64,000 bases of DNA from Eledone cirrhosa (Eukaryota), in contig OZ024743.1 of assembly GCA_964016885.1 (NCBI GenBank), forward strand, positions 155,558,001-155,622,000. The letters run 5' to 3'. The notes beneath the pieces were generated by a model. That model saw only the letters and a list, made by a program, of their open reading frames with translations. It was not told the origin of the DNA and did not search any database. Position numbers and translations under genes: made by a program. Below, one piece after another: positions 12,850 through 30,564 of this stretch (position 1 is the stretch's first letter; every line of letters begins with the position of its first letter).

Positions 12850-13865
<1,016 letters not shown>

Positions 13866-13866
13866 C

Positions 13867-15886
<2,020 letters not shown>

Positions 15887-15901
15887 TGTTTATATATATA
15901 T

Positions 15902-16018
<117 letters not shown>

Positions 16019-16468
16019 TGTAGATGATCGACAGATAGATAGATGTATACATATATATATTATATATGTATATATATAGTCTGAATGTTTAAAGGAAGCT
16101 TTTAGCAGCAGTGATTTGGGGTTTTTTCAGAAATATTTTATTACTTCATATCCTATCTTTCGAAGGAAAAATCGTTTCCAAAGAGAGAAAATAAAAGAGA
16201 AATTGTGGTTTCATTAGTCTATGAATTTTATCGTTATTTCCTTTAAACGCCACTTAATTTTATACATATTTTATGACGGTTTTCCGACTTTTGGACGCAA
16301 AATGTTTCTCAATGTCATCACTATTATTATTTTACTCATTGGAATACTTTGATCATATTCCATTAAAAGCTGAAACTTGTAAGCAAGCATGTTAAATTGG
16401 TGAAAATGTAATGTATGTAACGTCTAAAATATACGTAAAACCATTAAATAATAATAATATTAATAACG

Positions 16469-16469
16469 A

Positions 16470-16529
<60 letters not shown>

Positions 16530-16556
16530 CAGCAGCAGCAGTAACAGTAGTAGTAT

Positions 16557-16629
<73 letters not shown>

Positions 16630-16655
16630 CGTTGTAGTAGTAGTAACAGCAGCAC
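16469..16655. repeat. (TAG)n microsatellite with CAG interruptions
   Basis: Direct reading. Confidence 0.97.
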
Positions 16656-18849
16656 AGGTATAATGTTTTTCAACGCGCATCTTTCAAACTAATGTAATCA
16701 GAAATTGAACTGACACAAAGGTTCGATTCTCTGATGGGCATGTTGATATCAGTAACCACTTGGATTCAAGTTGCAACGTATGACCTCCCCATAAATATAA
16801 AACGACGTATGATAGAGTGGCATTTTAAATACACCTGGTAACATGCAAATTCTATGTACTTGCAAATAGAGGGAAATGGCACAACCATCACGCATATACA
16901 GTGCGGCTGTTTAACATGTCATTCCCTTGGCGTAAAGCCTAGTGCCACCAGATTAGCACATTAGTTTAGCACCAGTTGAGAGGACGAGAGTCTTCAACAA
17001 CAGGTGGTGATACACCCTCTCAAAAGAGCAATTAGACTAGAATGGGGAATAAATGAGATGACACATGCATTGCGAATGGCGAATAAATGACATAACACAT
17101 GCATTGCCATTAAAGTATATGTTAAAGCGAATGATATAGGGAACAGGTACGAAATATGATCGTAAAATGATCAGGTAATACGTAACAACGGCCAAGTCAG
17201 TATCTCTTGCTGATACCCATGTGAGCTATAATGACGGCCAGACTCTCAATGTTCCTACGTTTAAAATAATTGCCCAAACGCCACTGCTAAATTAGAGACG
17301 AACAATTCACTACAGGCAAACCAATTACAATAAATAATACAATCGTGATAATTAGTTCTAATAATCAAGACAATATTTAATTAGAGCAGCGCATCAATAT
17401 ATCTTATACGTAAGTCGGGATTCTCGTCCAAATCATTGCATTGTTTAATACCACTGATAACATCTATGGTTAAACTCTGCTTGTGATATTTATTAGATAC
17501 AAGAAGACCAACAGAAAATAAAACAAATCTATCGACATTTTCCCACGACCGAAACAATGGCAACAAGCAATACCTCCCTTAATGTCACAGGCATATAATT
17601 GTCCTGAATAAAATAGTCTTCCAGGAAGGTTTTCAAAAGTAGTAGCAACCTCGGGAATTCTACGTTACATAAATGTAATTAATTCCATATTTATACATAT
17701 ATCTTAAACTTTTCCTAATATCGATTAGTTATTTTATATATTTCGATTATTTCTTAGATGTTGTTCAACACAGGTCATGAACCAGAAAAAATCAAACTTG
17801 ATTCATTATATATTTCAATTATAATTATAATGCCGTAACGGTTAAATGTTGTAATATAAAGCAAATACATGCGTTCTGACAAACTGAATCATATTGATAA
17901 TTCGTTATTTTACGAAATTTGTTAAATGGTATCCGAGATGATATAGACAAAAACCTCTTTAACAGGAGGATGTTGTTGGGTGATATGATTTTCTGTGAAT
18001 TGCATTACGAATGCAAAATGTTTCTGGTGACAGCCGTATTGTGGCATTTGAAATTTCGTGATTTCGCATCCCTAAACGATTTAAGATAAATATATAGGCC
18101 ATGCATATAAATGAACATTCTGCACAATGACATTTCCAGATCTTATCATGTTATGTGAACATACAGAACTACATATGTGACACAACAAATGTTTCTGTAC
18201 TGCCAGAATTTCGAATATTATATTTACACATGATAATTTTACTCAGACTTGTTTTATGGCAATATGGTTATTAACATATATGCAATTTTATATGACTATA
18301 TGCACCGTCGTATATGTATGTGGTTTTGGTATGTACCTCCGCGTATATGATCAGGGGTATATGATTGTATGTAGCAATACGTGACTATGTGTACATGTGT
18401 ACGTGTGATTTGACTTGATTAAATGTCTTTAATGGTTTTACCGTTCCATTGTTTTCGCAAATATTAATGTTTTGTTTTTCATTTTATGTTTATTGTTTCA
18501 AATGCGTTCAAACAAATTTAAAGGAATATTTTGTATATCACTTTTAATACCTAAGATCACAATGGAGCAATGCTAGTTAGGGAAAAAAATTGTACTACAC
18601 CAATCTTTTCAAATATGTGCACTAGAAATAGAAAACTTACTCTGCATAAATTTATATATTGAAATTGTGCATGTCTGTTGTAAAATGCGTATGTTTATAG
18701 GGGACAGAATGTTATGTGTATATAATGTATGGGAGTAAACATGCATGCGTGCAAGTATATACACATGTCTAGAAATATATAAACATACCTGTGACTAGCT
18801 TCAATAAATTGCTAAACACAATTATATAAATGAAGCTAATAGAATACAG

Positions 18850-18897
18850 ACACACACACACGCACACGCACATATATATATATATATATATACATAC

Positions 18898-18933
<36 letters not shown>

Positions 18934-19051
18934 CATATTATATATATATATATATCCATACATATTATATATATATATATATATATATATGCATGCATAC
19001 ATATTATATATATATATATACATACATATTATCATACATATTATACATATA

Positions 19052-19101
<50 letters not shown>

Positions 19102-19226
19102 CATATTATATATATATATATATATATATATAATCATACATATCATATATATATATATATATACATATTATATATATATATATATATATATACATACATA
19201 TTATATATATATATATATATCCATTC

Positions 19227-19310
<84 letters not shown>

Positions 19311-19380
19311 AATATGTATGATAATATGTATGTATATATATATATAATGCATGCATATATATATGCATGCATATATGTAT
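18850..19380. repeat. Compound (TA)n tract with recurring CATACATAT interruptions
   Basis: Direct reading. Confidence 0.9.
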
Positions 19381-19381
19381 A

Positions 19382-19450
19382 GCAAGGGCCGTAACTCTAT
19401 GCGTCAAAGCATGGCGTCCGACCGTCTACCGATACTGCCAGTCCACCACC
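19382..19450 (-). mobile_element. SINE head fragment
   Basis: Matches the tRNA-derived head of 28535-28598. Confidence 0.7.
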
Positions 19451-20349
19451 ATCAATAATAATATAAATTATAAAGGTATAGAAAGAAAAGGAGGAAGAAA
19501 GGGAGATAGATACAGTAAATAAAGAAAGGAAAGGCATGAGAAAGTAGAAGAAGGAAAAATAAAAAGAGAAAGAAGAAGAAAAAGAGAAATTATTATAGAT
19601 AGAAATATAAAGAGAGGAAGATATATAGATGATGATGGCAGATACAGGAGATACATCATAAGTAAAAATAACGTAGGATAGAGAGAATAATACAGGGACA
19701 AATAGATGTATAAACGTCAATGCATGAATAAATCTAAATAAAAATAAAAATAGATATATAAAAAATATATGAAAAAATGGTGAAAACAAGATAATGTTAA
19801 ATATATTTATATGTGTATTGGTTATTTTAATAAATAAATTAATTAATTAGTTTTAAGTTATATTATATGATAAAATGAAATGACAGATGAAATAAATTTG
19901 AGGAGAGAAATATTAAGATAAAGAGTGAAAAATAGAGATATATAAAATAAGAGTGTAAAAATAAGAGGTGTTAATGTTGTTATTTGATAGATGATGACAA
20001 TTATAATTATAATTATAATCATAATGATGATGATGTTGATAATGTGATATCAGAATAGATCCAAGTGATACACTCTGGGTTATGGAATAGATGAGATGGA
20101 ATTAAGCGGGTCTAAATTTCTCAAATTTAGTCTTTGATTTATGTCGACAAAAAATACTTTTTTCAGTTTTACTGTTAACAATAATTTTGTTGTAATATAA
20201 AATTTGGAAAAGCTCCATATTAGAGAGACCACAGTGGGACATACCAATTTGATAGACCTTTGCTTTTGACAGCTTTGTCTAGCTGATTTTATATTACAGA
20301 AATATATATCATGCAATAAACAATTATGGTGAAATAATCCCGTTTTACC

Positions 20350-20413
<64 letters not shown>

Positions 20414-20414
<1 letters not shown>

Positions 20415-22945
20415 GCGGCGATGAATTAGTTTAGCGAGGTTTTTTATATGAAATCGTGTGTCGAAACAAATATTGTTATACTTGGGGAGGGTCATATTTG
20501 TGTAATATTGCCAGAATTAATAACAGAGCACACTCACTGTTTGGTTGGTTTTCGCTTCTCGCTGTCTTTTATATCTGTAATCTAACTTACTCGGTCCTCA
20601 ATGTTGCCATTGACTGACCGACGGTCAAAAATAGTACAGATACAATATAGACAAAAACACATATATATAGTTTACATAATTTACATAAATCTTTCGTTGC
20701 ACATCTGCAACATCGTCAGTGGTGTTATATTTTCCTCCTGTTGTGTTGTATGTCTACGCCATTTTTATTCAGTCTGTCTATATATTTATTTATTTATTTG
20801 CTTGTTTGTTTATTTTATTTTGTCTTTTTTGCGCATGCGTTTGCGTGTGTGTATAGTGTTATGTTTGCTGTGTGACTAGTGTGTATAGTGTTATGTTTGC
20901 TGGGTGACTAGTGTGTCTTTATGTGCTTGTTGTTATTGTGCTTGTGTATGTATTTATTTATCTTATTTTATTTACTTATTTATACTTCGCTTAGGTCAGT
21001 GTTGTTTGTTTTGGTGTTGTTGTTATTCCACTCATTCTTTCTGTTTAGCTTTGGTCTTCTAATTTCTATTTCACTGGCCTCTCTGATTTGCTTATCTGCT
21101 GGGTAATTTCTATGTTTAGATATTATTCTAATTTCTATGTTGTCTATGTTACCGTCATGTTTTTGTCTAGCATGTTCGTATAGTACTGACCCGTTTTTTC
21201 GTCCTTTTAGTTCCCCCCAGTGTTGGTCTATCCTTTCACCTATGCTACGAGCTGTCTCACCTATGTATGTTGTTGTCATGTTTCTGCAAGTACCCTCTGT
21301 ACATCTTATGCTATAGACTACGTTTCTAGTTTTACAGTTTATCCGGGGGTTCACCTTACATATGATACATTTCCTATTGGTACAGTGGGTTTTCTTAAAA
21401 GGGTAGGTTTTGCTGATAAGGGATTTGATGGTGGTTCCTGGCTTTTCTACCACCTTTATTTTTAAGTGGGTCTTTCTCAGGGCCTTTCTACACTGGTTAG
21501 CTAATTTCCCTCCAGGGGTGGCGTCCACAAACATGACACTCTGGTATCTCTGGTTGTCGTACCATGATGTGGCTTTCCCTATCTTATGTCTAGCCCAATC
21601 TAAGCTGTTCCATGATTTGCTCCTGTATAATGGGCAAATTCCTTTCATGTCCAGTTCTATGAGGGTCTTATACTTTTCCATGGCTCCTTCGTATACTCTG
21701 ACTCTGTCTCTTTGGTTGTAGCCAGAGAACTGCATGCGGTTGATGAAGTGTTGGATGTGTCCTTCCATTTGTGTTGTGTCGCACGTGCTGGACACATTCT
21801 TCATCACTCGTACCAAATCTGCGATCAGAATATTAAACTTAGCACTACTGGACATTGCTGAGTTTTTGAGTATCAGGTATTTGGAGGCCATGGGTTTAGC
21901 ATAGTGTTAGTGGAGAATTTGGGCTCTCTCGTCTATAGTGTTAATCCAGAGTTCTGTGTCTAATACAGGTAGTCTATTGTTAGGGTGTTTGGAAAGGAAG
22001 TCGATAGTTACAGTTATACTCTGGTGTATGGAATTAGCTATCTGCTGGATGCTTTCCATCGTGCTACGTTCTAAATCAAACTTGTTAGTGCGCTCTAGTG
22101 GGGGTGTTCTTATAACTACATCCGTATCATCTACATAACGAGAGTACATGATGAGGTCTATGGAGCTTTCATTAAGGAGATCTTTAAGACTCCTTTCCCA
22201 CCGTACCATGAAAAGGTTGGAAACATCACCAGCTATGCTGATACCGATGGCTGCTCCCTCATTTTGGGTGTAGATTTTCTCATTGAACTTAAATATGTGG
22301 CCCTTTAGGGTAGTTTTTGATACTAGCCCCTATTGCATGTGCGACCATTTTTCTTACCTGATCATTGTTTAGGGGGGTCCGTATAGCATTTGTCCACCCA
22401 ATCCACCTTCCCATGGGAGTCTTCTTTGCCATTGGGGTTATGGTGGCGGTTCTACCTCTTATAGGTCTACTAGGGCAGAAACATCTAAGGTCATGGCTGT
22501 CTAGGTAGTCAGTGTCGTAGGTAAGTCTAAGTAGGAGGCCCAGTTCGTCTGTGTCGACGTCGCAGAACTCCACCTCACTCTCAATGATCATCTCCACACA
22601 TCTTTTCACAGCAAAATCAATGTTAATGGATGGGTACAGTGACACCACATCCATGCTGCCTATTATGCAGTTGGATAGGCTCCTGTTTTTGTTGCACTCA
22701 CTGATTCTGCTGAGGAGGTCCTCTGTACTGTCACATACATCTGGGGACATCTTGATTATGAGGCGTATAACCATTGAGAGGAAGTAGGAGATCCTGTAGT
22801 TGCTAGCTATATTAGCTCCGCATAGGGGTTTTGCTGGTGGTCCTGTTGTTGGGTCGTCGACTGTCTTGTGGTCTTTGCGGAGCCCATACAAGGGTGGTAT
22901 GCCATTGTTAGACGCCTGGAAGTTGTTGGCAGTGCGTCTGCTTGG

Positions 22946-22950
<5 letters not shown>
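20414..22950 (-). mobile_element. 5'-truncated single-arm family B PLE
   Basis: ORFs 22289-22950, 21907-22209 and 20980-21891 match family B; full pLTR tail ending CATCGCCGC; (TA)n on both sides. Confidence 0.92.
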
Positions 22951-23034
<84 letters not shown>

Positions 23035-25408
23035 TGTGTGTGTGTGTGTGTTCGTGTATGTGTGTTTGTGTGTGGGTGGGTGTGTGCGTGGGTGTGTGTT
23101 TGTTTGTGTGTGTGTGTGTGTGTGGGTGTGTGTATGAATGAATACAATATCCGTTATTGTTCAAATTTATCTAAAATATTATCTAACAATAATAATCTTC
23201 ATTATTTTAGTTAAATCATATAGTACATGAGCGTTATAGTATAAATCTAAATTTAAAAATATATTCACCTCCAGAAATTTGACATAAAAGCAATAAGATT
23301 TATTAATGTTACCACTTTATTTATGAGAATACATAGCTATTTGCAAAATGCATCAAGCAATTTCGTTTCTGTCTGTTTGCTATTTTCTTTTCTTTAAATA
23401 ACGTGCATACTCTCTTAATTTCTGTCTTTATAACGCCATTTCAATGAAATTGAACTTTTTGCGAAAATGTGATAAATGTGATATTTTTGTTTCACTTTCA
23501 GAGCAGGGAATATCAATAGGATAGTGTTTACAATTTATACCGTTTATTACTGCTTTTAAATTTGAAAGGATTCGATATTTTCTTCCGTTTCATTTTAATC
23601 CGACCCCAATAGCTATTAAATACTTTCAATTAACGCGTGGACTAAATATGCTTGAATGTTTACAGTTCATATTTGTTTACATTTTTAATAAATTAAATTT
23701 TTTTTTTTTTTCGTTTTCATACTTCAAATTTGCTATGTCATTAAAGATATTAAAACGAAACTATTTTGATAATGTATTTTAAACCTTATGTGTATATTAA
23801 AACGTTGCTAAAAGGAAAGGAAAAAAGATAAAACAATTTGAAACTTCTAAAAGTTTCCCCATAGAAACAATAATTTATGAAAATATTTTATTAAAATCAT
23901 TTTTTCCGTTTGTTAAGAGAATAAGGATTACTTTTTTAATGTTATGTTAAGGCTTTGCTCCGCAAATATTGGCGTGAAAGGTTTTATAAAAACATTAATA
24001 TTTTTAACTTTCTGGAGAAAGTATTTGAAAGAGGAATGCCCTCACTACTTCTACAATCTAATCATCTACGAAGTATAACTTGCGTGGTGTTTATTCTTTC
24101 TGTATCAAGCACAGTAAAATATATGCCTTCATCAGGGCACATTATCAATGTAAACAAAAATTGAATCAATTTGCGATGTTACTATACTATATTAATAGCC
24201 TCTCATCATTATCATCATACCACAATTTACTTTAGTATATTCATAGTATTCAGTAATGCACTGGGTAATTGCTGGCCTTGTGCCTACTGTAGAAACAATT
24301 ATTAGAAATATTGTCATGATCGTTTCAGCATGATGGTTATTTGTGACAATATTTCCAATTTCCACAATGATTTTGGTAAGAATGATAATTGAATGATCAA
24401 ACGTACTTATGGTATATAGATTTTGCTTTCATATATTGTAATTCCCGTCTTTAAATATGACATACGTGCAGATATATATCATTTAGAGAAGTAAATTGCC
24501 ATTGAAAACAATATAAAAGTAGACCATGCTCTCGTTCAAGCATTTGCAAAGGATTTCTACATTAGCATTCACTCTATAAGAGTCTGGAATTCATATGTTT
24601 TTTTAATTCAAAGCCTTGCTACAGATTATATTGATCTCTTACATCATATATTTCCGGAAACAGAAATAAATACAATGCAATCCCATAGGAATCACTTAGA
24701 CATTTTGTAAATGTCATTGACATTTTGATTTGGTTAAGGATTTAGAATTATCAGATTATCTCTATAATTTTGCAATAAGTCGGACACAGTTTGTTTAATT
24801 TCCAGTAGCGATTTCTCACGAGTCTTCTCATAGATCCCAATTCGGAACAGGTAAGTTGGCAGTTTTATTCCGGAAGAAATATGTCATATATAGTTATGTC
24901 ATCTTGCCCCGGTCGACGTTTCTTGGCATCCCTTCTGTAATAGATAACATCTAAACTATAATAAAGTAAGAAGTGGGGGACTGCGTTCGGTTTATACATG
25001 TTTATCCCTTTAGTAAAATAAGTTGGATTACTTTGAATAAATAATGAATGAATACTATATAATTTATCTACTAAATTTCGTAGTTGTTGATTAAATATAT
25101 TTCATTGTTTATTTAAAGATTCACTTATTTAAAATATTCAAATGTCAACACTTCCGGTTAGCGATCGCTTAAATAAACATTCATATATTTCAGTCACTAA
25201 TTTTCTCCTAATGGAGTTTATATATAATATCGCCTTGTTTTAATGTATCATGGATTACGTTATTGATTAGATAAGAGAGTGTAACGTAGTCTTCGTTCAA
25301 TTTCTGTGTATATTTGTCAACTACGATGTTATTTGATGTATCATATCTACATGTATATAATATCATATAGTATACTTGCGTATAATATCGATATGCATAC
25401 CACACATG

Positions 25409-25443
25409 CTAGCAGAAAAACACCCGAAGGGTGGTTTTTCTGC
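25409..25443 (-). mobile_element. Probable Helitron 3' terminus
   Basis: Hairpin GCAGAAAAAC(C)ACCC TTCG GGTGTTTTTCTG running into CTAG on the minus strand; a similar end (...ATTCTGCTAG) lies at about 60734-60751. Confidence 0.45.
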
Positions 25444-28409
25444 CAGTACTTATTAAAGACATATCTTCGTTGATTAATGCGGACTAAAGTTTGCAAATAA
25501 AATGTATAAGATTTTTCCAATTGAACAGTTTTATAATGAGTTCAATTTTTCTACCTGAATGCGAAGTTATTCACAGATCATTGATCAGATATTTTCACAC
25601 AAATACATCTCGTGGAAACGTTTTAGTACATCATTGCGAATTAAAAGATATTTCGCTGTTAGACATTTATTCTATGCACAGATATTTGCAAACATCTCTT
25701 TCGTTACGCTTATAATGCGAATTAGAGACACTTTAAAATCTGAAATAAATTATGCGAGAGTCAAAAAAGGTAGCATTTAATTTTGGCTACGAACAAGCAG
25801 ATTTTCGAAATGAATAAATATAACGATTAAGGAATAGATATTCGTATTAACTACATCAGAATTTGTGAAGCAAACAGGTACAAATAAAGGACAAGCTCCG
25901 AAGGACCACTAAGACCAACAACTGCAAATCCTCGGTTTCAAGCGTTCTATTTTCATGTTGCTCATTGATATGGACTGAATCAATAGAGTGAAGAAGGATT
26001 TGTGAGATACTTTACAAGATATTGATTCCCCATTTGACAAAGCCTGTCTAGAGTTGGTCAAATAAATCTAGACGCATCAGTTGCCAAATCAATTGTATGA
26101 AATATCAAAAATATTGGGCAGTGAGACCAAAAAGCGGCAAGAATTTACGTAGGCGGAGCGTATGACATGTGTTTCGAGGAACAAAGGTACACGGACATAA
26201 ATATCAACAATTGTTCATAAAAATATAGCCGTAATGGAACTGGGAGGGAAATCAGTTTGGGTGCGACGTATGTGTTAGTAAAATCACATCATGTCATTTA
26301 GTGTATATGAAGAATTAGTGCATCGTTACCATTATGGCTTGCCATATCAGCATTGGCAACAGAAACAACATTAAAATAAAGTCCAGAAAAACAAGGCTCC
26401 CACAACCGTTATTACTACTATTAAGGCCACCGTTACAATGTGTCCTTTAGGAAGGAAAAGACTTAGATTTTAAACTATAATACAGATCAGGGTATACATG
26501 ACAAGCAGCCGGAATACCGTACCCCATGGTCTAGCAAGCAGTAGACGAAGACATGACAAATAGTTAGAAGTTTTCGAGATAAAAAAATAAAACAAACACA
26601 GAATAATAATAACTTCCAAAGTAAAAATAAGTAAAATTCCGAAGACATGTGTTAACATCTAGAAATGATTGAGAGTCACAATCACAAGAATGAACAATAT
26701 TATTTCTAGGTAGCCTCATAGCAGTAACTATGCTTCGATTTAGGAGAATATCTAAAAAATATGTACGAACAGATATACAGGGTGTCCCAAAACTGACCAT
26801 CTATTCGGTGTACTTACTGCAACTGAATATAGCTAAGATATGCATATGTGGGGGGTTCGCCAAGTGTGTGTGTGTGCGCGCGCTGAGGTATTTGTTATTG
26901 TTTTATATTTTTAGATGTTTAAGATATAATAAAATAAATGCATGTAGGTGCATAGAATAAAAATATTTTCAAAGTATAATTAAAAACTTCTTTCACACCC
27001 ACACTGACTCTGTCGCGACGGAATGAATTTAAGCGACCTCTTAACCTCTTTAAATTTTTTAATAGCTAATTTCTTTTAATTAGATTATACATCAAGACCG
27101 TTTCACAGCATCAAATTGGAATTAAGTAGTGCTACATATTTTATTTAAAATAAAAACAACAACAATATAAAGAAATTGTAATGTATTTGCCAAACTAATA
27201 GAATTAATTGTTTAATTCTATCTGTTTGGCAAACGAATTAAAATTAATTTCCTCATCCTTTCTCTGTTCTTTTCTCTATTATTCTTGAATTTTTTTTATA
27301 TTTTTTTTATCATGGCGTGAGGTAGGCGGAAGTTGTTTCATGCAAACCAGCTGAATATAATTAAAAGAAATAATGAAAAAAAAAAAGAGATTCTTGTATA
27401 ATAAATGAGCTTCAAATATTCATCAAAATATTTAAAAGCATTATGGGGAATATAATCTTCATTTATTTCGAATCGTTCCGATTCTATTCAATCATATTTC
27501 TGAATTACCGAAGAAGTTAACATTATCTATCACCATGCACATTCATCATCATCATCCCCTGTCGCGGTAGCAGCATTGAGATATTAGTAATCATAAAAAC
27601 CATTACCATTATGTCCATTGTTATTAATGACCACATCATCAACATTAGGAGAATTGTCATCACTATTAACACCAACACAATTGTTATGGTTATCATCATT
27701 TTCGTTTAGATTTTCAGTTTGATTTTTCGATAAAAAGTTATTGGCAGTTTAATAAGCATGTTACCCTCGAGCTTCGTTTAAATTGTACAAATTATAACAG
27801 ATCATAGCTTCTAGTTCTGCTTACTGAATAGAATAAGCTTCACATAAGACGTCTAATAATAAAACTCTTGTTGAATATCTCACCGTAACTAGGTCCACAC
27901 GAGTTTATAATAAATTATCCCAAATATTTAATATTTCATTAAACATGCTTAATGACCGATTTTGAAATTCCCAATAAGATATTTTCGTTCGCAAATTGCG
28001 TGAAAGTTCGCATTCAACAGACGTTTTATCCACTTAGCAAATTACAATACCAATTAAGAAGAGCTCTAACTTACAATACCCTATCCCCTTGTGAACTTTT
28101 GACCACTCGATTATCAATAAAATCATAGGATATTTTTTCAAAACGCAACTTCCTTCCTTGAAGAAAAAAGTAACGTTCTTATTCCACCCAAACTTCCAGC
28201 AAGCAGGATGGAAGAAAATTTATTCAGGCATTTGAATTTAATTTTAATTTTAAACCTTTACTTGTTAACTCCTATCAACTCTTTTTAATTGTTTACTCTC
28301 AACATTTGGTAAGATGGATTTCAATAACACATATAAACCGGTAATTCTTCATATACTTTATATACATCATAAAAACATTTAAAAAAATAATTCACCCTCT
28401 CATTTTTTT

Positions 28410-28598
28410 TATAATTGTTTCTACTTTTTGGCACAGGGCCAGCAATTACCCAGTGCATTACTGGTACTTTAGTTTATCGACCCCGTAAGGATGAAAGGCA
28501 AAGTTAACCTCGGCGGGATTTAAACTCAGAATGGCAAGGGCCGTAACTATATGCGTCAAAATATGGCGCCCGCTCCTCTACCGATACTGCCAATCCAC
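28410..28598 (-). mobile_element. tRNA-derived SINE
   Basis: Full copy of the 5700-5890 family. Fragments also at about 266-320, 14567-14625, 24250-24303 (+), 41505-41630 and 58253-58330. Confidence 0.85.
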
Positions 28599-28740
28599 TC
28601 TCATTTTTTTAATAATATCCTCTTTTCAATAATGTCACTTTGACGAATCAAAATAGATAAACAGGCCCCGTCGTATTTCCAAATTCATCTTTTCTCTATA
28701 TCCACTGTTTTGTATAGAATCCTTACTTCCCTTTTCTAAT

Positions 28741-29815
28741 ATATAAATATGGGGAGGGTCATATTTATGTAATAATATTGCCAGAATAATAACAGAACAC
28801 ACTCACTGTTTGGTTGGTTTTCGCTTCTGTATCTTTTATATCAGTTAATTTAATTTATTCGGGCCTCAAAGTTACCATTGACTGACCAACGGTAAAAAAT
28901 ACAGATATAATATAGACACAAACACATATATATATAGTCTAACAAAGTTCTTTCGTTGCACATCTGCAACATCGTCAGTGGTGCTATTGTGTTTCCTACT
29001 GTTGTATTGTATGCCTTCGCAATCTTTATTTAGTCTGTTTATTTATATATTTATTTATTTGTGTCTTCTTCTCTGCGCAAGCATTTGCGTGTGTATAGTG
29101 TTTGATGTGTGTTCGTGTTTGGGTGACTGTGTATTGGTTATTTTATTCACTATTAGTTCACTAGTGTGTGTTTATATGTGTTTGTTGTTATTGTGCTTTT
29201 GTATGTATTTATTTATTTATTTATACTTAGCTTAGGTCAGTAGCAACAACGCCCAAACAAACAATATTGACATAAGAGGAGTATAAATAAATAAATAAAT
29301 ACATACACAAGCACAATAACGACAAAATACATATAAACACACACTAGTAAACGAAGATAGAATAAAATAACCAACACACAATCACCCAAACACGAACACA
29401 CATCAAACAATATACACACACGCAAAGGCATGCGCAGAGAAGAAGACAAATATAAATAAATATATAAATAAACAGACTAAATAAAGATGGCGTAGGCATA
29501 CAATAAAACAGGATGAAACATAATAGCATCACTGACGATTTTGCAGATGTGGAACAAAAGAACTTTGTTAGACTATATATATATGTGTTTCTGTCTATAT
29601 TATATCTTTATTTATGACCGTTGGTCAGTCAATGGTAACAGTGAGGACCGAATAAATTAAATTAACTGATATAAAAGATGCAGAAGCGAAAATCAGCCAA
29701 ACAGTGAGTGTGTTCTGTTATTAATTCTGGCAATATTATTACACAAATATGACCCTCCTCATGTATAACAATATTTGTTTCGACACACGATTTCACATCA
29801 AAAACCTCGCAATAC
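28741..29815. mobile_element. Non-coding palindrome of two family-B-related pLTRs
   Basis: 28741-29237 (-) and about 29240-29815 (+) both match the family B 3' end (12230-12830); essentially no ORF retained. Confidence 0.85.
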
Positions 29816-29855
29816 TATATATATATATATATATGTATACCCATATGCATATACA

Positions 29856-29935
<80 letters not shown>

Positions 29936-29940
29936 ATATT

Positions 29941-30477
29941 TTTTCTTATTTTACGTCTCTCATATTATTGTTCTGCATCCCCATGCATTGAACCACAAAG
30001 TTACTAAGACAAAACCTATATATTTGCTAGAATAAGTATACATCTGTATATATATGTTACTAGATATATTAACTCTTTATAAGTATCTCCAAATTATTTT
30101 GTCGAGCAAAAATTGGCCAAAACTGATACTATGGTAACGGTCCGGCTGCTGTCTTCTTAACAAACCACTCTTCACTGATTGACCTCGATGTTACGTGACT
30201 GATTCTTTTGAATTTGCCACCAATGCAGTAGGCAGTGATTTTTTCAATGGCTTGGAATTTAGTCCACGCTTTGCTTTTTTCCATCCACTGAATTATTTTT
30301 GTATAAGTTCCCTGTTTCCACGTATTGCCTGGAAACTTAGCTGAGAATAGACTTCCCTGATGACGAAAGGCTTCTCCGTACGTTTCTCGGAGACTATGTT
30401 TATTCCCTTTCAGAAACTAATTAGTTGGAGTGAAATTTTAGTTAAGTAAGTTAATTTTATAATTTTCTTGTTTTACG

Positions 30478-30487
<10 letters not shown>
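29941..30487 (+). mobile_element. ~522-nt non-coding HHR unit with 25-nt terminal direct repeat
   Basis: TTTTCTT(A/G)TTTTACGTCTCTCATAT at 29941-29965 and 30463-30487; HHR at 30351-30431; (TA)n flanks. Confidence 0.65.
30351..30431 (+). ncRNA. Type I hammerhead ribozyme with extended stem II
   Basis: TTCC-CTGATGA-C GAAAGG...(TCTCCG..CGGAGA)...CCTTTC A-GAAAC TAATTA GTT-GGAG; stem III is palindromic (AACTAATTAGTT). Confidence 0.75.

Positions 30488-30564
<77 letters not shown>

Larger units (their letters stand above)
6811..12850. mobile_element. Palindromic Penelope-like element, family B (Neptune-like Cys-rich linker)
   Basis: Left arm 6811-about 10381 (-), right arm about 10382-12850 (+). 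Near-identical RT-EN and pLTR in opposite orientation, (TA)n at both ends. Confidence 0.93.

Noticed and set aside
6811-12850. DNA transposon with giant TIRs, or assembly fold-back
   Set aside because: The arms encode RT/EN, are unequal in length and carry independent mutations and indels in their outer parts.
18850-19380. CRISPR-like repeat-spacer array
   Set aside because: Units are only TA tracts with short interruptions; no unique spacers or cas genes.
25412-25443. Rho-independent terminator-like hairpin
   Set aside because: Eukaryotic context; the adjacent CTAG fits a Helitron end better.
26776-26795. Tc1/mariner-type TIR TACAGGGTGTCCCAAAA
   Set aside because: No partner TIR or transposase found nearby; too little to call an element.
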